From: an uncultured Pelagibacteraceae bacterium
GTDB lineage: Bacteria; Pseudomonadota; Alphaproteobacteria; Pelagibacterales; Pelagibacteraceae
Assembly (NCBI GenBank): GCA_902546375.1
Contig: CACCJO010000002.1
Location: 20,995 to 84,994 of the forward strand
DNA: 64,000 nt
Reading direction: 5' to 3'
The notes beneath the pieces are model-generated. The model was not told where the DNA came from. It made no database searches and saw only the letters and a list, made by a program, of their open reading frames with translations. Shown one piece after another: positions 38,588 to 47,711 of this stretch. How positions within the stretch are numbered: position 1 is the first letter of the stretch; each line of letters opens with the position of its first letter. The position numbers were made by a program, and so were the translations under genes.

Positions 38588-39564
38588 GTGAATTTTGTAT
38601 AATTGGTTCTGGAATATCTGGATCCACGATTGCAAATCTTCTTAATAAAAAATATTCAGTAATTTTGTTTGATAAAGCAAGAGGTCCTGGGGGTCGTGCA
38701 TCTTTTAAAAGAATAAAAGGCAAAACAGGCTTTGATCATGGCACTCAGTATATTTCACCAAAAACTAAGGAATTTAAAAAATTTACTAAAGATTTAATAA
38801 AAAAAAGAATTTTAAAAGTATGGAGAGGCAAACATGTTTTTCTTAATTCAAAAAAAAAAGAGGATAAAAAACATTTAAAAGTAATTGGTAAAAATGGAAA
38901 TAATGATATCAGCAAACATTTGCTAAAGAAAATTAATTGCAATTATCATAGTGAATTAAAAAAAATCTATTATAAAAATAAACTCTGGTATTTGTTATTT
39001 GACGATGGAAAATTAAGATCCTTTAAAAACTTAATTTTGACTTGTCCTTTTCCACAATTAAAAAAACTTTCTAAGAAATTTATTAATAACTCTTTTTTAA
39101 GAAAATCAATAAAAATGGATGCAAATATTACTACTATGATTGCAATAAAAAAAAACAAGAATTCAAATAGTAGCTATCTTTTTGAAGACTCAATTCTGGG
39201 CTGGGCAGGAAATGAAAACTCAAAAAAAAGATTTAAATCAAAATATGATTTATGGACTCTTCAAAGTACATTTAAATGGGCAAATAAAAAGATTAATAAA
39301 AACAAGAATAACAAAAAAGAAAATTCACAAATTATGATCGATAAATTTTTTAAACTTTCAAATATCAAAAAAACAAAGATTTATTATTCACTTAATCACG
39401 GTTGGCGGTATTCTTCAAATTCGAGACCATTTAAAATTAAGAGTTTTTGGGATCCTAGGAAAAGATTGGGTGTTTGTGCTGATTGGTTTGTAGGACCTAG
39501 ATTAGAGTCAGGATGGATAAGTGCACATGATTTATTTAGAAAAATCTCAAGAGAAATTAATTAA
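38584..39564 (+). CDS. Renalase-like FAD-dependent oxidoreductase
   Basis: IIGSGISG, FDKARGPGGR, FDHGTQY, HGWRYS and CADWF.GPRLESGW.S. Confidence 0.85.
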   Translation: MSEFCIIGSGISGSTIANLLNKKYSVILFDKARGPGGRASFKRIKGKTGFDHGTQYISPKTKEFKKFTKDLIKKRILKVWRGKHVFLNSKKKEDKKHLKVIGKNGNNDISKHLLKKINCNYHSELKKIYYKNKLWYLLFDDGKLRSFKNLILTCPFPQLKKLSKKFINNSFLRKSIKMDANITTMIAIKKNKNSNSSYLFEDSILGWAGNENSKKRFKSKYDLWTLQSTFKWANKKINKNKNNKKENSQIMIDKFFKLSNIKKTKIYYSLNHGWRYSSNSRPFKIKSFWDPRKRLGVCADWFVGPRLESGWISAHDLFRKISREIN

Positions 39565-40237
39565 AATTCTTTAATTTATATTCCCAGTTACCCATTCTTG
39601 AATAGGATACTTTTAATATCATTAAATTTTTACGATCATACCAAATGTCAAAATCTAATCTTTTATCTTTCGGTATACTCATGTCTTTAGATTTCAGTGT
39701 AAAATGATCAACATTATAAACTTTTCCATAAAGATCTATTTTTTCTTTACCTAAAAAAGTTACAACTTGATCCTTAATACTTCCTGAGATAGGACTTATT
39801 TGAGAACTCGCTTGTAAAATTTTGTGATTCCACCAATTTCCAATCACATTATCAGTTGAGGCTTCTCCATTAAATGAAGAGCCTTTGATATTAAATTTTT
39901 TATTTTTTTGATCAAATGTTAAATTAACAAACTTCTTTTTGTCATTTTGTAAAGTTTTAGAATTATAAGAAACTAATTGATCTTTGAAATATTTTTCCTC
40001 GCTATAACCCTCAACTTGGAAAACTGTTGCTCCCAAAAGTTTAACCACAAACTTAATTTGATTAGTAACAATAGTTTCTGATCCATTTCTATTGAAAAAA
40101 TAATGATTATAGCCAATAAGTTCACCATTTCGAAAAATCTCCATCTCAATTTTGTTGTATTTAATGTAATGTCCAATATGAGCGATTGAATTTGTTGGAT
40201 AAATAAAAAGAAATAAAATGACTATAATTTTTTTCAT
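39557..40237 (-). CDS. Exported beta-rich protein (DUF6134-like)
   Basis: Signal peptide, RNGE.IG, WWN and IWYD patterns. Confidence 0.6.
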   Translation of the reverse strand: MKKIIVILFLFIYPTNSIAHIGHYIKYNKIEMEIFRNGELIGYNHYFFNRNGSETIVTNQIKFVVKLLGATVFQVEGYSEEKYFKDQLVSYNSKTLQNDKKKFVNLTFDQKNKKFNIKGSSFNGEASTDNVIGNWWNHKILQASSQISPISGSIKDQVVTFLGKEKIDLYGKVYNVDHFTLKSKDMSIPKDKRLDFDIWYDRKNLMILKVSYSRMGNWEYKLKNFN

Positions 40238-40287
40238 TAAACAACTAGTTTAATAGACTTTATTAACAATAGAAATAACTTATTAAA

Positions 40288-40935
40288 ATGTTTTTAAAAA
40301 TTAAGAAAATACCAAGGGTTAATTGGAGTTCAGATAAGCCTTATAATTTTAAACCAAAATTCTCTACATTCTTTTTTTTATGTTTTGGCTTGATGTTATT
40401 TGGTCTTGGAGAAGGTCTATTAATTGTATCTTTTACTGGTGCTTCTCCATGGAGTGTTTTAGCTCAAGGTATTTCTTTAAATGTTAATTTGAGTATAGGA
40501 ACAATAACATTTTTGATAAGTGTTGCAGTTTTAATTTTGTGGATACCGCTTGGTCAAAAACCAGGGATGGGGACAATACTTAATGCAATCATTATTGCAC
40601 TGATGATCGATCTTTGTATAAAATTTGTTCCAACCCCATCTAATTACTTTTATCAATTAATTCTGGCAATAATTTCAGTAATAACCGTTGGAATTGGTGG
40701 AGGTATTTATCTTGTATCTAATCTTGGAGCTGGGCCAAGAGATGGTTTGATGATTGGTCTCCAAAAAAAAACAAATTTACCAGTTGCTGCCGTAAGAGCA
40801 TTCTTAGAAATTTCTGTTGTAAGTATTGGATGGTACTTAGGTGGAACTGTGGGTGTGGGAACTTTATTATTTGCTTTTGGAATCGGTCCTTGTGTTGCCT
40901 TAGGCCTGTATTTAGTTGATAAAATTTTCGATTAG
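40288..40935 (+). CDS. YczE/YitT family membrane protein
   Basis: GASPWSVL.QG, GTI.N, LGAGPRDGLM and GWYLGGTVGVGT. Confidence 0.85.
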   Translation: MFLKIKKIPRVNWSSDKPYNFKPKFSTFFFLCFGLMLFGLGEGLLIVSFTGASPWSVLAQGISLNVNLSIGTITFLISVAVLILWIPLGQKPGMGTILNAIIIALMIDLCIKFVPTPSNYFYQLILAIISVITVGIGGGIYLVSNLGAGPRDGLMIGLQKKTNLPVAAVRAFLEISVVSIGWYLGGTVGVGTLLFAFGIGPCVALGLYLVDKIFD

Positions 40936-42758
40936 GCTGCAGCGCCTGATTTTTCACTTCTTTTTCTTTCGTGCGGATCGAGAATGGCTTTTCTCAATCT
41001 ACAAGAGTCTGGAGTGATTTCCAAAGCCTCATCAGTATTTAACATACTTAATTGTTCTGCAATGGACATTTTTCTTACTGGTGTTAAAACGACATTTTCA
41101 TCTGTACCTTGTGTTCTCATATTAGTTAATTTTTTGCCCTTCATAACATTAATAATCATATCTCCAGGTTTAGGAGATAATCCCACAATCATACCTGGAT
41201 AAACAGGATCATTATGAGTTACAAACATCTCTCCTCTAGCCTGTAAATTAAATATTGCAAATGCAACTGCTTTTCCTTGTTCCATTGAAATAAGTGCACC
41301 ATTTCTCCTACCTTCCATTTCACCCTCAAATGGCCCATACGCATGAAAAATTCTGTTAATTACACCATTACCTTTTGTAAGTGTTAGAAACCGACTTGTG
41401 TATCCCATTAAACCTCTTGTTGGTGCATGGAAGATTAATCTTTTTTTATTTTTACCAGTATCTTTTAATTCAATTAATTTGCCTTTTCTTCTATTCATGG
41501 AGTCAATAATCTTTGATGAATGTTCTTCATCGAGATCCATAGTTATTTCTTCTATTGGTTCAAGTTTGTTACCATTTTCATCTTTTTTATAGAGAACTTT
41601 TGGGGGACTAACAGTCATTTCAAAACCTTCTCTTCTCATTTGAGTAAGTAAAATTTCTAACATTAATTCACCTCGACCACTTACAACAAAAGAATCGTTA
41701 CCTTCATTTTCTGTAAAAGTAATTCCAACATTATTCTGTGCTTCTTGAAGCAATCTATCTCTTATTTGAGTACTTGTAAGTTTTTTACCCTCAGTTCCTG
41801 CAAGAGGAGATGTGTTTACAGTAATTGTAATAGACATTGTTGGTGGATCGATTGGAGTAGCTTTAATAGGATCATTTACCTCAAGATCACAAATTGTGTC
41901 AGCAACATTTGCTTTTTCTAAGCCAGCGACAACTACAATATCTCCCGCCTCACCAATTTCGATTGGTACTTTTTTTGTACCCTCATATCTAAAAATTTTA
42001 GTAAGTCTTCCTTCATCCACTTTTTCACCTTTTAGATTTATTGCCTTGATCGATTGATTAGCTTTTGCGGTTCCTTGCGCAATTCTTCCAACTAAACTTC
42101 TCCCTAAGAAATTATCTGCATAAAGAAGAGTAGACAGCATTGCAAAGGGTTTTGTTTTATCAAGTTCAGCAGGTTTTACATGATCAATAATCTGATCTAA
42201 TAAAGGATTTAAATTTTCCCTTGGACCATCAATTTCTTTATCAGCCCAACCAGATCTTCCACTTGCATATAAGACAGGAAAGTCTAGTTGATCTTCATTT
42301 GCATCTAAACTTACAAACAAGTCAAAAGTTTCATCTAAAACTTCATTGGCTCTCTGATCTGATTTGTCCAATTTATTGATTACAACAATTGGTTTTAAGC
42401 CTTGTTTTAGAGCTTTAGATAGAACGAATTTTGTTTGAGGCATAACTCCTTCAGCAGAATCTATTAAAAGTAATGCGCCATCTGCCATGCTTAAAACTCT
42501 TTCAACTTCTGCTGCAAAATCTCTGTGACCTGGTGTATCAATAATATTTATTCTTGTATCTTTCCAATTAATAGACGCAGGTTTTGCTAAGATTGTTATT
42601 CCTCTCTCTTTTTCAAGTTCACCTGAATCCATCAATCTTTCGTCAACAACTTCATTTTCTCGAAACGAACCGCTCTGCTTCATTAAATTGTCAATTAAGG
42701 TGGTTTTTCCGTGATCAACGTGTGCGATTATAGTGATGTTTCTTATATCTTTGCTCAT
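40932..42758 (-). CDS. typA: Translational GTPase TypA/BipA
   Basis: AHVDHGKTT, ERGITI, DTPGH, NKLD, GRGEL and KKLTNMR. Confidence 0.97.
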   Translation of the reverse strand: MSKDIRNITIIAHVDHGKTTLIDNLMKQSGSFRENEVVDERLMDSGELEKERGITILAKPASINWKDTRINIIDTPGHRDFAAEVERVLSMADGALLLIDSAEGVMPQTKFVLSKALKQGLKPIVVINKLDKSDQRANEVLDETFDLFVSLDANEDQLDFPVLYASGRSGWADKEIDGPRENLNPLLDQIIDHVKPAELDKTKPFAMLSTLLYADNFLGRSLVGRIAQGTAKANQSIKAINLKGEKVDEGRLTKIFRYEGTKKVPIEIGEAGDIVVVAGLEKANVADTICDLEVNDPIKATPIDPPTMSITITVNTSPLAGTEGKKLTSTQIRDRLLQEAQNNVGITFTENEGNDSFVVSGRGELMLEILLTQMRREGFEMTVSPPKVLYKKDENGNKLEPIEEITMDLDEEHSSKIIDSMNRRKGKLIELKDTGKNKKRLIFHAPTRGLMGYTSRFLTLTKGNGVINRIFHAYGPFEGEMEGRRNGALISMEQGKAVAFAIFNLQARGEMFVTHNDPVYPGMIVGLSPKPGDMIINVMKGKKLTNMRTQGTDENVVLTPVRKMSIAEQLSMLNTDEALEITPDSCRLRKAILDPHERKRSEKSGAAA

Positions 42759-42843
42759 AAATCCTGGCTCTTATACCCTAAAAATTTTTTTTGAAAACTT
42801 TAAAAAAACCAATAAATATTGGGATTTTGATCAAAAAATGTTG

Positions 42844-42960
42844 TTATTTTGTTTTTTTTGCCTTTTCTCTTTTTAATCTCCTTTTTTCTTTAAGAGAAAA
42901 TTTTGGTTTTTTACTTACACTTGAGTCTTTAAATGATTTTCCGCTGTATCTTTTAGACAT
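42844..42960 (-). CDS. Small basic protein, 38 aa (not in the supplied ORF track)
   Basis: Hand translation gives MSKRYSGKSFKDSSVSKKPKFSLKEKRRLKREKAKKTK*. ATG lies 7 nt after the upstream stop, on the same strand as its neighbours. Confidence 0.65.
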   Translation of the reverse strand: MSKRYSGKSFKDSSVSKKPKFSLKEKRRLKREKAKKTK

Positions 42961-42967
42961 TGATTAT

Positions 42968-43720
42968 TTAAATAATATTTTTTTTGAAAAAGTAAGAATT
43001 AAAACATTTATCAATTAAAGTAAATTTATTTTTCTTTAATTTAAGAAAAAGAGAATTAATTTTTTTTAAATTAAAAAAATTATTATGAAGCTCAAAAATA
43101 ATATAATGTATATGTTTGATCTTATCTAAGTTGTTTAAATAATACTCTTCCACACCTTCACCATCAATGATAAGCGTGTTAAATTTTTTAAAATCTAAAA
43201 TTTTCTTACTATAAATGTTATCTACTTTTGCTAATTTTCCATTGCTATCGTATTGAGATGTGCATAAAAAATCTCTTGAGATATAATAATTACTTGTTCG
43301 AGGTTTATCTTGAAAAACTAGATTATTTCTGAATAGAGTAAACTTACAGTTATTTTGTAACAAATTTTTTTTTAAATTATTAATGATTACTTTATTAATT
43401 TCAAATACCAATACCTTGTTTCTTGATTTGTGAAATGCAAGAGTAGGTATAAAACCTATTCCACCTCCAATTACAATACATTTATTTCTATTATTTATGT
43501 GTTTTTCAACTAATACTCTATCATTGTATTCATAAGTTTTAAAAATAAAAGATGAACGAGAGGCAAGTGGTATATTTTTTAGATCTAAATTAAAAATAAA
43601 ATTTTTGTAATTAAATTTTTTTATAAATAATTTATGGATCAGTCCAAATATTAAATTTTTATGTATTAAATAATATACAGGGAAAATAAAAATTTTTGTT
43701 ATATTTGTAAATACCTTCAT
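42968..43720 (-). CDS. FkbM-like SAM-dependent methyltransferase
   Basis: YE..D, IVIGGGIGF (motif I), FEIN and LIIDGEG.E. Very AT-rich. Confidence 0.7.
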   Translation of the reverse strand: MKVFTNITKIFIFPVYYLIHKNLIFGLIHKLFIKKFNYKNFIFNLDLKNIPLASRSSFIFKTYEYNDRVLVEKHINNRNKCIVIGGGIGFIPTLAFHKSRNKVLVFEINKVIINNLKKNLLQNNCKFTLFRNNLVFQDKPRTSNYYISRDFLCTSQYDSNGKLAKVDNIYSKKILDFKKFNTLIIDGEGVEEYYLNNLDKIKHIHYIIFELHNNFFNLKKINSLFLKLKKNKFTLIDKCFNSYFFKKNII

Positions 43721-43820
43721 ATCTAATTAATTTGTATTAATTTTTAGTATCAAAATATAGTGTAATTAAGTCTTAACAAGTATTGAATAGTTATTGAAAT
43801 AAAGTGATTATCAAAATAAA

Positions 43821-43856
43821 AAAAACGCCAAAGAAACGAACTTCTTTGGCGTTTTT
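43821..43856 (-). terminator. Rho-independent terminator of groESL (potentially bidirectional)
   Basis: Perfect 15-bp inverted repeat AAAAACGCCAAAGAA / ACGAAC / TTCTTTGGCGTTTTT, with T runs on both strands. Confidence 0.9.
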
Positions 43857-43881
43857 AAAATCTTTTAGGTGTTTGGGCCTA

Positions 43882-45552
<1,671 letters not shown>

Positions 45553-45557
45553 TTATA

Positions 45558-45848
45558 TTACTTGCTTGAGACACCCATAATGTCTGACTCTTTCATTATG
45601 CTGTATTCTTTGCCATCAATTTTGACTTCGGTTCCTGACCATTTGCCAAATAAAACTTTATCTCCAACTTTTACATCCATTGGTATCGTTTTGCCGTCTT
45701 CAGTTTTTGCACCACCACCAACAGCTACTACTTTACCTTCCTGTGGCTTTTCCTGAGCAGTATCAGGTATGATTATTCCACCAGCAGTTTTTTCGCTGCT
45801 ATCTAAAACTTCTATTAGAACTCTATCGTGTAACGGTCTAAATTTCAT
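45558..45848 (-). CDS. groES: Co-chaperonin GroES
   Basis: [16 protein letters not shown] and [17 protein letters not shown]. Confidence 0.98.
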   Translation of the reverse strand: MKFRPLHDRVLIEVLDSSEKTAGGIIIPDTAQEKPQEGKVVAVGGGAKTEDGKTIPMDVKVGDKVLFGKWSGTEVKIDGKEYSIMKESDIMGVSSK

Positions 45849-45874
45849 AAATTCTCCTTATTAATATGGACTTC

Positions 45875-45902
45875 ATATAGAGATTGGCCTTACTATTTCA
45901 AG
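45875..45902 (-). promoter_or_regulatory. RpoH-type promoter of groESL
   Basis: CTTGAA, 16-nt spacer, CTATAT (alphaproteobacterial RpoH consensus). Confidence 0.75.
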
Positions 45903-45971
45903 ATATAGTTAAAAATTAGTTAGTCAAAAAATAAGGGAATTTGAGGGTTTTATGGTTTATAGATTAATTTC

Positions 45972-46790
45972 ATGACTAAAAATTTAGATAATGAAGGTCT
46001 AAGTTCTATAGCAGACAATTATCAGCTATTTTATGTTGACCTGTGGGGAGTGGTTCATAACGGGGTTACTCTACATCTTGAAGCCATAAAAGCGCTTAAA
46101 GAGATCAATAAAAAAAGGAAGGACTATATTTTACTCACAAATGCGCCTAGACCTAATCATGCGGTAAAATCTTTTTTGGAAAAACTAGGTATGGAAAAAG
46201 AAATTAGAGACCATGTTTTTACCTCTGGTGAGGCAGCTCTCATTTATCTAAAAAAAAATCTAATTAACAAATCTTTCTTTCATGTGGGTCCACCAAGAGA
46301 CTTTGATTTATTTAAAGACTTTGAAAAAATGAAATTAAATAATATAGAAAAAAGCGAATATATTTTATGCACCGGATTGTTTGATGATCACAATGAAGAC
46401 TTAAAATATTATAAAGAATTATTTGAAAGAAATATAAAAAAAAAGATGATTTGCACAAATCCTGACCTGATCGTTGACAGAGGAAACACACGAGAATTTT
46501 GTGCTGGTTCTGTTGCAATGATTTTTGAAAAAATGGGTGGAGAAGTTGTTTACTTTGGAAAACCTTATCCTGAAGTTTATAATCAATCTATCGATAACAA
46601 AAATAAAAAAATTCTTTCCATAGGTGATAATTTAAATACTGATATAAAAGGGGCAAACCTATTAAATTATGACTCTTTGATAATTTCAAATGGAATTCAT
46701 AAGGATGAGATTAAAGAAAAAGGAATTGAAACAGTTGCAAAATCTTACGAAGCGATTTGTAATTATATTCAATCGGAATTGAAATGGTAA
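45972..46790 (+). CDS. HAD-superfamily class IIA hydrolase (TIGR01459-type)
   Basis: DLWGVVHNG, LTNAPRP, CTNPDL, GKPYP and IGDNLNTDIKGA. Confidence 0.9.
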   Translation: MTKNLDNEGLSSIADNYQLFYVDLWGVVHNGVTLHLEAIKALKEINKKRKDYILLTNAPRPNHAVKSFLEKLGMEKEIRDHVFTSGEAALIYLKKNLINKSFFHVGPPRDFDLFKDFEKMKLNNIEKSEYILCTGLFDDHNEDLKYYKELFERNIKKKMICTNPDLIVDRGNTREFCAGSVAMIFEKMGGEVVYFGKPYPEVYNQSIDNKNKKILSIGDNLNTDIKGANLLNYDSLIISNGIHKDEIKEKGIETVAKSYEAICNYIQSELKW

Positions 46791-47710
46791 AATCAAAAAT
46801 CATATATAAGAATTTTAATATCAATAATAGATATAAAGATTCAATTATCTTGATCGGTAACTTTGATGGGGTTCACAAAGGACATCAAAAATTATTCTTA
46901 TTAGCTAAGAAATATAAAAAAAAATATTCTTCAAAAATTGGTGTGATGACTTTTGAACCAATGCCAAAAATATTTTTTAATAAAAATTTAGATCATTTTA
47001 GAATTTCTAGTTTACAACAAAAAATTGATAATCTTAAAAATCTCAATGTAGACTTTATAATTATAAAAAAATTTGACCGAAAATTCTCAAAAATAAAATC
47101 TATAACTTTCATTAAAGAAATATTAGGTAAAAAGTTAAGACCAAAATTCATTTTTGTAAGTAATAATTTTAGATTTGGTAATAAGAGAGAAGGTAATGTT
47201 AGACAGTTGATTAAATTTGAGAGGATGTGTGGTTATAAAGTAGTAAAACCACAACCATTGTTAACCAATAAGAAAATAGCATCTTCATCGTTGGTAAGAA
47301 AACTTTTACAAAAAGGAAAACTAGAAAAAGCTAATAAAATTTTGAATAGAAATTGGTCAATTGTTGGAAAGGTTCAAAAGGGAAGACAACTAGGAAAAAA
47401 AATTGGTTTCCCAACTGCAAACATTGATATTAAAAATTATATCTTAGCCTGCCCTGGAGTTTACGCAGTAAAAGTAAAATGGAGTGATAAAAATAATTAC
47501 TTAAAAGGAATTGCTAATTTAGGCTATCGTCCAACATTTAACGGAAAAAAAATACTATTAGAGGTTCATCTATTTAATTTTTCTGGAAATCTTTATAATA
47601 AGTATTTAACAGTAGAGTTTAAAAAATTTATTAGAAAAGAAAAAAAATTTAAAAATGCTGAACAGCTTAGAAGACAAATTAAAACTGACTTATTGATAGC
47701 AAAAAAATAA
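46784..47710 (+). CDS. ribF: Bifunctional riboflavin kinase/FAD synthetase
   Basis: IGNFDGVHKGHQ, TFEP, GFPTAN, GVYAV, RPTF and LEVHLF. Confidence 0.96.
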   Translation: MVKSKIIYKNFNINNRYKDSIILIGNFDGVHKGHQKLFLLAKKYKKKYSSKIGVMTFEPMPKIFFNKNLDHFRISSLQQKIDNLKNLNVDFIIIKKFDRKFSKIKSITFIKEILGKKLRPKFIFVSNNFRFGNKREGNVRQLIKFERMCGYKVVKPQPLLTNKKIASSSLVRKLLQKGKLEKANKILNRNWSIVGKVQKGRQLGKKIGFPTANIDIKNYILACPGVYAVKVKWSDKNNYLKGIANLGYRPTFNGKKILLEVHLFNFSGNLYNKYLTVEFKKFIRKEKKFKNAEQLRRQIKTDLLIAKK

Positions 47711-47711
47711 A

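Noticed and set aside
42784-42990. 14-bp direct repeat ATTTTTTTTGAAAA (42784-42797 and 42977-42990) flanking the 38-aa ORF
   Set aside because: Low complexity in an AT-rich genome, and one copy lies inside a CDS. Not credible as an attachment site without comparative data.
42791-43018. 75-aa plus-strand ORF in the ORF track
   Set aside because: TTG start and Phe/Leu-rich. It is the antisense shadow of the Lys-rich 38-aa minus-strand ORF.
45849-45971. CIRCE/HrcA operator before groES
   Set aside because: No TTAGCACTC-N9-GAGTGCTAA. Only an RpoH-type promoter is seen.
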